Counted from the stretch's first letter, positions 1 through 9,003 are shown. The stretch: DNA of 64,000 nt from Marmoricola sp. (GCA_035695505.1 DASRRQ010000152.1:13353-77352), one strand, 5' to 3'. The notes: a model not told the origin generated them from the letters alone. Numbers and translations are program-made.

Positions 1-1005
1 GGTCCGCATGATCGCGCCGAGGGTGCCCAGGGTGTCGAAGCCCGGCAGGTACGGCGCCCCGAACCGCTCCCCGGTCGCCGAGAGCCACAGCGAGGACGGG
101 CCCGGCAGGATCCGGATGCCATGGTTCTCCCAGATCGGGTCCCAGTTGCGCAGCCCTTCGGTGTAGTGCCACATCCGGTCCGGGTTGATGATCTCCCCGC
201 CGGCCGCCTCGGTGATGAACTGCATCCGGCCGTCGACGTGTGCCGGGACGCCGGCAACCATGAACTTCGGCGGCTCGCCGAGCCGGTCGACAGGCCACTG
301 CTTGCGCACCTGGTCGTGGTTGCCGCCGATCCCGCCGGACGTCACGATCACCGCCTGCGAGGAGTAGGCGAAGTCGCCGATCTCGGTGCGGTTGGAGGGC
401 TTGCCCCGGTCCATGCCGTCGTCGGCGAGAAGCGCGCCAGTGACCCCGGTGCAGACGCCGTCGGTCATCACCAGGTCGTCGACGCGGTGCCGGTGGCAGA
501 TCTCCACGAGGCCCTTGGCCACCGCCTCGCGCACCCGGCGCTCGAACGGCGCGACGACGCCGGGGCCGGTCCCCCAGGTCAGGTGGAAGCGCGGGACCGA
601 GTTGCCGTGCCCTCCGGCCAGCCCTCCCCCGCGCTCTGCCCAGCCGACGACGGGGAAGACCCGCAGGCCCTGGTCGTAGAGCCACTGCCGTTTCTCGCCG
701 GCCGCGAACCCGACGTACGCCTCGGCCCACTTGCGCGGCCAGTAGTCCGACTCGCGGTCGAACTGCGCGCTGCCCATCCAGTCTTGGAGGGCAAGGTCGT
801 AGGAGTCCTTGATGCCCATCCGGCGCTGTTCGGGAGTGTCAACGAGGAACAGGCCGCCAAGCGACCAGAACGCCTGGCCGCCGAGACTCTGCGCCGGCTC
901 CTGGTCCAGCAGCAGGACCTTCTTGCCCGCGTCGGCAAGCTCGGCGGTGGCGACGAGGCCGGCGAGGCCGGCTCCGACAACAATGACGTCAGCGTCAGTA
1001 GACAT
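1..1005 (-). CDS. FAD-binding dehydrogenase (FAD_binding_2 / KsdD-like superfamily), 3' end runs off the window
   Basis: Manual translation from ATG at 1005: MSTDADVIVVGAGLAGLVATAELADAGKKVLLLDQE...GGQAFWSLGGLF...GHGNSVPRFHLTWGTGPG. It has an N-terminal GxGxxG Rossmann motif. Absent from the ORF track because no stop lies in the window. Confidence 0.85.
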   Translation of the reverse strand, partial: MSTDADVIVVGAGLAGLVATAELADAGKKVLLLDQEPAQSLGGQAFWSLGGLFLVDTPEQRRMGIKDSYDLALQDWMGSAQFDRESDYWPRKWAEAYVGFAAGEKRQWLYDQGLRVFPVVGWAERGGGLAGGHGNSVPRFHLTWGTGPGVVAPFERRVREAVAKGLVEICHRHRVDDLVMTDGVCTGVTGALLADDGMDRGKPSNRTEIGDFAYSSQAVIVTSGGIGGNHDQVRKQWPVDRLGEPPKFMVAGVPAHVDGRMQFITEAAGGEIINPDRMWHYTEGLRNWDPIWENHGIRILPGPSSLWLSATGERFGAPYLPGFDTLGTLGAIMRT

Positions 1006-1016
1006 GGCCTCAGGTT

Positions 1017-1062
1017 GACACATCGCTGATGTGTCCTACAAGTGACACATCGTGAGAGTGTC
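1017..1062. promoter_or_regulatory. Two tandem palindromic operators (GACACATC-N3-GATGTGTC and a degenerate copy) in a divergent promoter
   Basis: Perfect inverted repeat at 1017-1035 and an imperfect copy GACACATCGTGAGAGTGTC at 1044-1062, between the dehydrogenase and the TetR-type regulator. Confidence 0.7.
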
Positions 1063-1086
1063 CTCACACACCGGTAGAGTGCAGCC

Positions 1087-1650
1087 ATGACCGCCACCCC
1101 GGCCGACGCGTACGCCGCGGCGACGCGCGCGTACCTGGCCGGGCAGCGCCTCGACATGCGCCAGCTTGCCGGCGAGGTCGGCGTCTCGCGCAACACCCTC
1201 TACCGCTGGACCGGCGGCCGCGAGCAGCTGATCGGCGACGTCGCCTGGCGGCTCAGCGAGGCCGCCATCCGCGACATCTGGGCCAGCACCGCGCGCCGCC
1301 GGGGCAGCAGCCGGCTACTCGCAGCGCTGCGCGGGTACGTCGTGGTCACCGTCGGGTCGCACGCCCTGCAGTCGTTCGTGCGCAACGAGACGTACGCCGC
1401 GCTCCGGCTGCTGACCAGTCGCGGACCCTTCCAGGACAGGCTGGTCGCCGAGGTGCAGCGCCTTATCGATGAGGAAGCGGCGCGGGGTTCCTGGGCGCCC
1501 CGGTCCGAGACCGCCCTGCTGGCCTACGGCGTCGTCCGGCTGATCGAGGGCTTCGTCTACAACACCGCGTCGGGCGAGCAGGCCGGACTCCTCCAGGACG
1601 ACCCTGCGATCGACGACGCCCTGGCCGTGATCCGGCTACTGCTGGACTGA
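1087..1650 (+). CDS. QsdR-like TetR-family transcriptional regulator
   Basis: HTH LDMRQLAGEVGVSRNTLYRW and C-terminal LAYGVVRLIEGFVY; TAGAGT-N6-ATG leaderless geometry. Confidence 0.8.
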   Translation: MTATPADAYAAATRAYLAGQRLDMRQLAGEVGVSRNTLYRWTGGREQLIGDVAWRLSEAAIRDIWASTARRRGSSRLLAALRGYVVVTVGSHALQSFVRNETYAALRLLTSRGPFQDRLVAEVQRLIDEEAARGSWAPRSETALLAYGVVRLIEGFVYNTASGEQAGLLQDDPAIDDALAVIRLLLD

Positions 1651-2283
1651 GCGGGCGATCATCCGGCGGCGTACCAGCGCCTCAAGCGGGCCTGCGAAGA
1701 ACAGCAGGAACAGCGCCGCGAAATTGACGTCCGGGACCAAGGTGCCGAGCGCGAGCGCCACGACGTAGCAGGCCACCATCGCGATCGCGGACGCCGGCAG
1801 CACGTCAGCCTTGGTGACGCCCTCGGCCCACAGTTCCGGCTTCCGGGAGACGTGGAAGGCCAGACCTGCCGAGCACAACGACGAGATCAGCAGCAGCCCG
1901 ATGTAGAGCGGCACCGTGCCCGACTTCGAGTCGTAGTGGGAGAGGAGTGCCGTTGGAGCCGGCAGCAGCACCAGGCACAGCGTCCAGGCCAGGATCCACA
2001 GCATCATCGGGTGATCGGCCGCGGCCACCTGGGACATGTACCGGTGGTGGCCGGTCCAGATCGTCGCGATCACGACAAAGCTGAGCAGGAACGAGAAGAA
2101 CAGGTTCTGGTGCTCGTGCAGGAACCGGTGCAGCGGGACCGAGCGGTCCGCATCGCCCGCGGCCTCGACCAGCGGCAGCACCAGCAGCGTGATCGCGATC
2201 GCCACGCACGCATCGATGAAAGTAATGAACCGGTGCAGGTCACTGCCCCGATGGGGCGATCGCGACATCTGCTCGGGCTCCAC
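1636..2283 (-). CDS. TMEM175-family (DUF1211) membrane protein / putative K+ channel
   Basis: RFITFIDACVAIAITLLVLPL and SFVVIATIWTGHH motifs with about 6 hydrophobic helices. Start uncertain (GTG 2283 or ATG 2268). Confidence 0.75.
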   Translation of the reverse strand: MEPEQMSRSPHRGSDLHRFITFIDACVAIAITLLVLPLVEAAGDADRSVPLHRFLHEHQNLFFSFLLSFVVIATIWTGHHRYMSQVAAADHPMMLWILAWTLCLVLLPAPTALLSHYDSKSGTVPLYIGLLLISSLCSAGLAFHVSRKPELWAEGVTKADVLPASAIAMVACYVVALALGTLVPDVNFAALFLLFFAGPLEALVRRRMIARSVQQ

Positions 2284-2323
2284 CCCGCCGAGGGTAAACC
2301 ACCCGCCCCCTAGGGTGGGTTGC

Positions 2324-2818
2324 ATGGCTTCAACCTCGGGCGCCCTGCGCGATCCCGCGCACCGGGTCTCGCCCCGGGCTCCCCTGGTCTGGGCGGCATG
2401 GGCGGTCCTGAGGTTCGCCGTGCTCGCGGCCGCCGGCATCGTGGCCACCCTCGTCGCCTCCGGCTTCTCGATCCCGCTGTGGCTCTGGCTCGCGTACGCC
2501 GTCGTCGCGATCGCCTACTCCGTCGCCATGCCGGTCTACCGCTACCGGGTTCACCGCTGGGAGAGCACCGACACGGCCGTCTACACCCAGCGCGGCTGGC
2601 TGACCCGGGAGCGTCGGATCGCGCCGATGTCGCGGGTGCAGACCGTCGATCTCGACCAGAACCTGCTCGACCGGATGTTCACCCTCGCGAACGTCACGGT
2701 CACGACGGCCTCGGCCGCCGGACCCGTCCGCATCGACGGGCTGGACCGTGCCGTCGCCGAGAGGCTCGTCGAGGAGCTGACCCGGCGTACGGAGGAAGAG
2801 CCCGGCGACGCCACGTGA
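2324..2818 (+). CDS. YdbS-like membrane protein with bacterial PH (bPH_2) domain
   Basis: Two TM helices, then RYRVHRWE...GWLTRERRIAPMSRVQTVDLDQ...VTTASAAG; ATG 2324 follows TAGGGT-N7. Confidence 0.85.
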   Translation: MASTSGALRDPAHRVSPRAPLVWAAWAVLRFAVLAAAGIVATLVASGFSIPLWLWLAYAVVAIAYSVAMPVYRYRVHRWESTDTAVYTQRGWLTRERRIAPMSRVQTVDLDQNLLDRMFTLANVTVTTASAAGPVRIDGLDRAVAERLVEELTRRTEEEPGDAT

Positions 2819-4371
2819 GCGAGGACGCGGTCACCAGCGAGCTGGAGCATGACGCCGCCTGGCGCCGCCTGGACATGCGGATGCTGCTGGTCCACCCGGT
2901 CAACGAGGTGGTCCGGTTCCTGCCCCTGCTGATCGGGCTGTTCCTCTTCGGCGCCAGCGACCACAGCGACCCGTGGCACTACCTCGGCGTCGCGCTGCCG
3001 ATCGCGATCGGGCTGCTCCGCTTCGCCAGTACCAGCTTCCGGATCACCGGCAGCCAGATCGAGCTGCGGCGCGGCATCATCGGCCGCAGCGTGCTGACGG
3101 CGCCGCTGGATCGGGTCCGGACCGTGGAGCTGACCGCGAAGCCGATCCACCGGCTCCTCCGGTTGTCGCGTGTCGAGATCGGCACCGGCAGCGCTGCGAC
3201 CTCGGGCGAGGGCCGACTGGTCCTGGACTCGCTCGGCGCCGGAGAGGCCAGGCGGCTTCGCGAGGACCTCCTGCACCGGGCGCCGCTGCCCTCGCCCGGC
3301 GACCCGGTTGCGGCGAGCGGCGTACCGGCGCCGCCGGAGTCCGTCATCCTCCGGCTCGACCCGGCCTGGGTCCGCTACGCACCGCTGACCACCTCGGGTC
3401 TGGTGATCGCACTGGCAGCCCTCGCCGGCGCGAGCCAGTTCCTCGGCAACCTGGTCCGTGCAGCGCTCGATGCCTCGAGCCTCGACGAGGACGTCCGGGC
3501 GCTCCCGCTCGCCGTCAGCCTCCCGCTCGGTGTTGTCCTGTTCGCAATCGTGATCTCCGTGCTCGCGATCTGCGGCTATCTGCTGACGAACTGGGGCTTC
3601 ATGCTCTCGCGCGACGAGGCGGCCCAGACGTTCCACGTCCGTCGCGGGCTGCTCACCACCCGCGAGACGAGCATCGACACCGGTCGGCTGCGCGGCGTCG
3701 AGATCCACGAGCCGCTCGGGCTGCGGCTGGCCGGCGGCGGCCGGCTCACGGCGATCGTGACCGGCTTCAAGCGCCGCGGCAACGACAGCAAGACGCCGAT
3801 GGTGCCGGCTGCCCCGCGCGCCGTCGTCGCGGCCGTGGGCGACGCGGTGCTGGCCGAGAACGGGCCCCTGCACACCGCGTTGATCCAGCACGGCCCGATC
3901 GCGCGACGGCGGCGGTACGTGCGCGCCGTCATCCCGACAACGCTGATCCCGGTGCTGCTCGCGGTGCTCGCCACGACAGCGTCCTGGCCGTGGTGGCTGG
4001 CCGGCGTCGGACTCCTCGCACCGGCCCTCGGCGTCCTCCTCGCGCGGGACCGGTACGCACGGCTCGGACATGCCCTGACCACCGACTACGTGGTGATGCG
4101 CTGGGGGTCGCTGCACGGGCGCCGCGATGCCCTGCAACGCACCGGGATCATCGGCTGGAACATCAAACAGACGTTCTTCCAGCGCCGTGCCGGCGTCGTC
4201 AGCCTGACCGCGACCACAGCCGCGGGCCAGCAGTCCTACGAGATGCTCGACGTCCCGGAGGGGATGGCAGTGGCGTTCGCGATCGAGGCTGTGCCGGGGC
4301 TGGTGGAGCAGTTCGCCACCCGGCTCTCGAATGCACCCCAATCCGCTGACCCGGCTTTGAAGTGCACCTAG
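2815..4371 (+). CDS. YdbT-like membrane protein with repeated bPH_2 domains
   Basis: GTGA overlap with the upstream gene; three PH-type repeats (RRGIIGRSVLTAPLDRVRTV, RRGLLTTRETSIDTGRLRGV, IIGWNIKQTFFQRRAG). The stop lies inside a palindromic repeat. Confidence 0.85.
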   Translation: MSEDAVTSELEHDAAWRRLDMRMLLVHPVNEVVRFLPLLIGLFLFGASDHSDPWHYLGVALPIAIGLLRFASTSFRITGSQIELRRGIIGRSVLTAPLDRVRTVELTAKPIHRLLRLSRVEIGTGSAATSGEGRLVLDSLGAGEARRLREDLLHRAPLPSPGDPVAASGVPAPPESVILRLDPAWVRYAPLTTSGLVIALAALAGASQFLGNLVRAALDASSLDEDVRALPLAVSLPLGVVLFAIVISVLAICGYLLTNWGFMLSRDEAAQTFHVRRGLLTTRETSIDTGRLRGVEIHEPLGLRLAGGGRLTAIVTGFKRRGNDSKTPMVPAAPRAVVAAVGDAVLAENGPLHTALIQHGPIARRRRYVRAVIPTTLIPVLLAVLATTASWPWWLAGVGLLAPALGVLLARDRYARLGHALTTDYVVMRWGSLHGRRDALQRTGIIGWNIKQTFFQRRAGVVSLTATTAAGQQSYEMLDVPEGMAVAFAIEAVPGLVEQFATRLSNAPQSADPALKCT

Positions 4372-4428
4372 CTGTGCACTTCAAAGCCGGGTCAGCGCGG
4401 GGTTGTGCACTTCAAAGCCGGGTCGGCG
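4318..4428. repeat. REP-like palindromic cluster, family A (unit about GACCCGGCTTTGAAGTGCAC), four units > > < <
   Basis: Perfect 24-bp arms at 4344-4367 and 4374-4397, plus outer units at 4318-4336 and 4405-4428. The family recurs at 14593-14678. Confidence 0.85.
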
Positions 4429-5178
4429 TCAGATCAGCTTCTTGAACAGCGGCATCGGAGCGTGCTTCATCACCACGCCCAGCGGCGCCCATGGCAGCGC
4501 CGGCACCGCGGCGGAACCGACCTCGCGCTCGATCGCGGAGACCATCGACTTCACGCCGTCCTCGGTCGAGGCCATCAGCGGGGTCGACTGCTCGACCTTC
4601 TCGTTCATCTCCGAGGCGATGTAGCCGGGGTAGAGCACGGTGACCTTGATCGGCTTGCCGTACAGCTCCGCGCGCAGGCCCTCGGCGAGGTGGGCGACGC
4701 CGGCCTTGGTCGCGGCGTACGTCGTCAGCGCCTTGGGCATCCCGCGCACCGCCGACATCGAGCTGATCATCACGAAGTGGCCGGAGTCCTGGGCACGGAA
4801 GATCTCCATCGCGGCCTCGGACTGGCACAGCGCCGCGACGAAGTTCGTCATCGCGGTCTCCTTGTTGGCGTCGTACCGGCCGGTGCCGAGCGGTGCGCCC
4901 TTGCCGAGACCGGCGTTGATGACGATCCGTTCGATCGTGCCGAAGTCGGACTGGAAGGCCCGGAACACCTCGAAGACCTGGTCGTCGTCAGTCACGTCCA
5001 ACGCGCGCAGCTCGACGCGGCGGGTCGGGTCCGCCGCCAGGATCTCGGTCTTGAGCGACTCCAGCTTCTCGGTACGCCGCGCGCACAGCGCCAGGTCGTA
5101 GCCCTTGGCCGCGAACTGCCGCGCCATCTCGGCACCCAGCCCGCTGCTCGCTCCCGTGATCAGGATCGTCTTGCTCAT
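4429..5178 (-). CDS. Short-chain dehydrogenase/reductase
   Basis: MSKTILITGASSGLG, NAG motif and YAATK catalytic motif; GGAGG RBS before ATG 5178. Confidence 0.9.
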   Translation of the reverse strand: MSKTILITGASSGLGAEMARQFAAKGYDLALCARRTEKLESLKTEILAADPTRRVELRALDVTDDDQVFEVFRAFQSDFGTIERIVINAGLGKGAPLGTGRYDANKETAMTNFVAALCQSEAAMEIFRAQDSGHFVMISSMSAVRGMPKALTTYAATKAGVAHLAEGLRAELYGKPIKVTVLYPGYIASEMNEKVEQSTPLMASTEDGVKSMVSAIEREVGSAAVPALPWAPLGVVMKHAPMPLFKKLI

Positions 5179-5200
5179 GTCGTCTCCTCCAGGTCGATCG

Positions 5201-5860
5201 TCAGCGGTAGGACAGAACGCCGGGCACACCGTCGAGATGGGACTGGTCGTTGTAGGTCAGCAGGTTGACGCCGGTCGAGCCGGTGACCAGGCGCGTCACC
5301 GCCGAGTTCACCGCCATCCGGTTGAGGCGGGTCCAGAGCTCTGGGCGACCGGTGTCGACGAGCACCTCCGCGACCGCCCATCCGATCGGCCCGCCCGAGG
5401 TGAAGACGGCGACGGTCCCGGCCGAGGCGCGCTCGACCGTCCGCTCGAGAGCCAGATGCACCCGTACGGCGAACGCGGCGAAGGTCTCGGCGTACGGGCG
5501 GTCCGCTCCGCCGATCCAGGCAGCGGTCGCCTCCTCGAAGAGCCGCTGGAACTCCGCCTTGGTCGGCTCCGGGCCGTACTCATGCGGGTGCACGGCAAGG
5601 ACGGAGAGGAAGTCGAACTCGTCCCAGCCCTGGTCGACGACCAGCGCGCCTGCCCTCCAGCCAGCAGCCTGCGCACACGTCTCGGCGGTCTCCCGGTGGC
5701 GCCGCATCGCTCCGCCGACGACGGAGTCGACCTCGATCCCCCGCTCCGCGAGCGCGACGCCGAGCAGTCGGGACTGCTCGAACCCGAGCGGCGACAGTGC
5801 GTCGTAGTCATCGGAGCCGAACGACGCCTGGCCGTGCCGCACCAGCAGGATCTGACCCAT
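5201..5860 (-). CDS. Histidine phosphatase family protein
   Basis: N-terminal LLVRHGQAS (RHG motif), RHRETA, WDEFD. Confidence 0.88.
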   Translation of the reverse strand: MGQILLVRHGQASFGSDDYDALSPLGFEQSRLLGVALAERGIEVDSVVGGAMRRHRETAETCAQAAGWRAGALVVDQGWDEFDFLSVLAVHPHEYGPEPTKAEFQRLFEEATAAWIGGADRPYAETFAAFAVRVHLALERTVERASAGTVAVFTSGGPIGWAVAEVLVDTGRPELWTRLNRMAVNSAVTRLVTGSTGVNLLTYNDQSHLDGVPGVLSYR

Positions 5861-5866
5861 CGTCGC

Positions 5867-6937
5867 TCAGAGCTCGCCGGCGATGATCGCCTGGCAGCGC
5901 TTCTCGAGGTGGTTCGCCGCTGGCCCGAAGATCGCGTACGCCTCGTTCGTCGTCTGCTTGTGGAAGTACCGGTAGTAGATCTGCTGCGCGATCACACCGA
6001 GTCGGAACAAGCCGTAGACCTCATAGAACCGCCACTGCTCGGGGGTGACCGAGTAGTTCATCCGCTCGCAGTAGTAGGCCACCACCTCGGCCCGCGTCAT
6101 CATCCCGGGCAGGTTCGTCGGCTGCCGGCGGAACATCCTGAAGAACTCTTCGTCGTCGTCCTGGACCCAATAGGCCATCGTGCCGCCGAGGTCCATCAGT
6201 GGGTCGCCGACAGTCGCCAGCTCCCAGTCCAGCACCGCCACCGGCCGGGTCGGGTCGTCCTTGCTCAGCACCAGGTTGTCGAAGCGGAAGTCGTTGTGGA
6301 TCATGCAGTTCGCGACATCGGCCGGCTTGTTGGCGTCCAGCCAGGCCATCACGTCCTCGTAGTCGCCGATGTCCTCGGTATGGGCGTTGCGGAACCGGGT
6401 CGACCAGCCGGAGATCTGCCGCTCGACGTACCCGTTGCCCTTGTTCATCGGTGCGAGCGGTGTCGCATTCACGTCGACCCGGTGCAGGTCCATCAGCACG
6501 TCCAGCGCGTTCAGGCACAGCTGCCGGGTCTGGGTGGCGTCGAGATGGACGTCGGGCGGGAAGTCACGACGCGGGATGATCCCGTCGACCCGCTGCATCA
6601 CGTAGAACGTCGAGCCGATCACCGACTCGTCCTCGCAGTAGGCGACCATGTCGGGCACCAGGCCGAAGGCGTCCTTCAACCCGTCCTGGATCCGGAACTC
6701 GCGACCCATGTCGTGCGCGCCGGCTGCCTTCTTCCCGCTCGGCGGACGCCGCAGGATCAGGTCGGCGTCGCCGGTACGCAGCGAATAGGTGAGATTCGAG
6801 GCACCGCCGCCGAACTGCTGCACCGCGATAGCTCCGGTCAGCGTGGTCCCGTGGGCAGCCAGCCAGGTGCGGACCGCCTCGACGTCGAAGCTGTCCTCGT
6901 CGCGGACCGCGCTGGCACCCTCGATCTGCTCGGTCAC
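5867..6937 (-). CDS. APH-family phosphotransferase (ACAD10/11 kinase-domain / LvaA-like)
   Basis: QFGGGASNLTY, LRRPP, AHDMGRE, IHNDFRFDNL, VLDWELATVGDPLMDLG. Confidence 0.9.
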   Translation of the reverse strand: MTEQIEGASAVRDEDSFDVEAVRTWLAAHGTTLTGAIAVQQFGGGASNLTYSLRTGDADLILRRPPSGKKAAGAHDMGREFRIQDGLKDAFGLVPDMVAYCEDESVIGSTFYVMQRVDGIIPRRDFPPDVHLDATQTRQLCLNALDVLMDLHRVDVNATPLAPMNKGNGYVERQISGWSTRFRNAHTEDIGDYEDVMAWLDANKPADVANCMIHNDFRFDNLVLSKDDPTRPVAVLDWELATVGDPLMDLGGTMAYWVQDDDEEFFRMFRRQPTNLPGMMTRAEVVAYYCERMNYSVTPEQWRFYEVYGLFRLGVIAQQIYYRYFHKQTTNEAYAIFGPAANHLEKRCQAIIAGEL

Positions 6938-6941
6938 TCGC

Positions 6942-7712
6942 TCACTCCATCGCGTTCAGTCGGGCGGCCTGCTTGCGCATCAGCGCGTTGTAGCCGTCGC
7001 GGTCGGACAGCTTGAACCCGTACGCCGCCTGCGCGGCCTCGTCGGGGAGGATCACCTCGTCGCCACGTTCGAGCCCGGCCAGTACTGCTGCGGCGATGTC
7101 GTCGGCGCTCACGGGCGAGTTCGCGACGAGCGCGCCGATCACGGTCCCGACAGCGACGTCCGTGCCCTGCATGTTCTCCACCAGCGGCGTCCTGAAGTAC
7201 GACGGGCACACGACCGCAGCCTTCACGCCGTACTCGGCGAGCTCGTGGCCAGTCGTCTCGGTGAGGGCGACGACGGCGGCCTTGACCGCGTTGTACGACG
7301 CCATCCCGGCCGGGTGCACGAGCCCGGCGAGCGAGGCGGTGTTCACGATCGTCCCGTTGCGCTGCGCCTTCATCATCGGCACGAAGGCCTTCGTGCCGCG
7401 GACGACGCCGAACAGGTTGATCGCGGTGATCCACTCCCACTCGTCCATCCCGGCGACGTCGAGCCGACCACCGCCGGCAACCCCGGCATTGTTGAAGAGC
7501 AGATCGAGCTCGCCCCACTTCTCCAGCACCCGGGCATGCGCAGCTGACCAGTCGTCGTCGGAGCGCACGTCGAGGGTGAGGTACTCCACGCCGTCGAGCG
7601 GTTCGGCCGGCGCGTTGACGTCTCCGCTGATGACCTCGTCACCGCGGGCGAGCAGGGCGCGACACAGGGCGGCTCCGAGGCCGGAGGCCCCACCGGTAAC
7701 GAGCGCCCTCAT
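6942..7712 (-). CDS. Short-chain dehydrogenase/reductase
   Basis: VTGGASGLG, NNAG, YNAVK. Confidence 0.9.
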   Translation of the reverse strand: MRALVTGGASGLGAALCRALLARGDEVISGDVNAPAEPLDGVEYLTLDVRSDDDWSAAHARVLEKWGELDLLFNNAGVAGGGRLDVAGMDEWEWITAINLFGVVRGTKAFVPMMKAQRNGTIVNTASLAGLVHPAGMASYNAVKAAVVALTETTGHELAEYGVKAAVVCPSYFRTPLVENMQGTDVAVGTVIGALVANSPVSADDIAAAVLAGLERGDEVILPDEAAQAAYGFKLSDRDGYNALMRKQAARLNAME

Positions 7713-8956
7713 TGGTGCTTGCTGATCTCGATGCGGGCGACCACGTTGCGGTGCACCTCGTCCGGCCCGTCAGCCAGCCGCAGGGCACGGGCGTTGGTCC
7801 ACATCGCCGAGAGCGGCGAATCCTGCGACATCCCGCCGCCGCCGTGCAACTGGATCGCCATGTCGACGATCTGCTGGGTCACGTTCGGCACGATGACCTT
7901 GATCTGGCTCACCTCGGAGAGCGCATTGAGCGGACCCCCGACATCGAGCTTCCAGGCGGCGTTGAGCACCAGCAGCCGGGCCTGGTCGATGGCGATCCGT
8001 GCGTCTGCGATCCGCTCCATGTTGCCGCCGAGCCTGACCAGCGGCTTGCCGAAGGCGGTGCGGGAGACGCCGCGCTTGATCGCGAGCTCGAGGGCGACCT
8101 CGGCCTGGCCGATCAGCCGCATGCAGTGGTGGATCCGGCCGGGACCGAGCCGGCCCTGGGCGATCTCGAAGGCGCGCCCCTCGCCGAGAAGGATGTTCGC
8201 CTTCGGCACCCGTACGTCGGTGAAGGAGACCTCGCCATGCCCGACGGGCTCGTCGTAGACGTTGTTGGTCGAGAGCAGCCGCTCGATCTTGACGCCGGGC
8301 GAGTCCAGTGGCACCAGCACCATCGTGTGCCGATGGTGCCGGTCGGCGTCGGGGTCCGAGAGGCCCATGAAGATCATGATCTTGCAGTCCGGGTGACCGA
8401 CGCCGGTCGAGAACCACTTACGCCCGTTGATGACGACCTCGTCGCCATCCATCGTCGCCGTCGCAGCCATGTTGGTGGCATCGGAGGAGGCGACCCCCGG
8501 CTCGGTCATCCCGAACGCCGAGCGGATCTGCCCGTCGAGCAGGGGCTCGAGCCACTGCTTCTTCTGCTCGTCGGTGCCGTACTTGAGCAGCACCTCCATG
8601 TTGCCGGTGTCCGGGGCGTTGCAGTTGAAGACGTACGGCGCGAGGAAGGTCGCCCGGCCCATCAGCTCAGCCAGCGGCGCATAGTCGGAGTTGCTCAGCC
8701 CGGCTCCGCCACGGGTGCCGAACTGCTCGGCGTACGGCTGGTCGTGGCCGAGTGGCAGGAAGAGGTTCCAGAGGCCCTGGCTGCGCGCCTTCGCCCGTAG
8801 CTCGCTCATGATCGGGGACTCCGCCCAGGTGCCGGCCTCGCGGGCCGCGGCGACCTCACGGTGATAGGCGTCCTGGACGGGCTCGATCTCCTGGTTGACG
8901 AACTCAGAGACCAGGCCGGCGAGCTCGGCGGCGCGCGCAGAGGGAGAGAAATCCAT
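7709..8956 (-). CDS. Acyl-CoA dehydrogenase (ACAD10/11-like FadE)
   Basis: FNCNAPDTGNMEVL, AFGMTEPGVASSDATN, AQGRLGPGRIHHCMR, LRLADGPDEVH. Confidence 0.92.
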   Translation of the reverse strand: MDFSPSARAAELAGLVSEFVNQEIEPVQDAYHREVAAAREAGTWAESPIMSELRAKARSQGLWNLFLPLGHDQPYAEQFGTRGGAGLSNSDYAPLAELMGRATFLAPYVFNCNAPDTGNMEVLLKYGTDEQKKQWLEPLLDGQIRSAFGMTEPGVASSDATNMAATATMDGDEVVINGRKWFSTGVGHPDCKIMIFMGLSDPDADRHHRHTMVLVPLDSPGVKIERLLSTNNVYDEPVGHGEVSFTDVRVPKANILLGEGRAFEIAQGRLGPGRIHHCMRLIGQAEVALELAIKRGVSRTAFGKPLVRLGGNMERIADARIAIDQARLLVLNAAWKLDVGGPLNALSEVSQIKVIVPNVTQQIVDMAIQLHGGGGMSQDSPLSAMWTNARALRLADGPDEVHRNVVARIEISKHQ

Positions 8957-8961
8957 GACGC

Positions 8962-8978
8962 TGACAGTATCTGTGTCA
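8962..8978. promoter_or_regulatory. TGACA-N7-TGTCA palindrome over the fadE -10 element
   Basis: TGACAGTATCTGTGTCA; the same motif occurs at 18303 and 23282. Confidence 0.6.
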
Positions 8979-9003
8979 CGGTCGCCGCGGTACCGCCAGG
9001 CGG

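Noticed and set aside
121-1029. 302-aa + strand ORF
   Set aside because: Shadow of the minus-strand FAD dehydrogenase, which the ORF track missed because it runs off the window.
4318-4428. Possible mini-CRISPR array
   Set aside because: Units are inverted relative to each other, spacers are short and irregular, and no cas genes are present.
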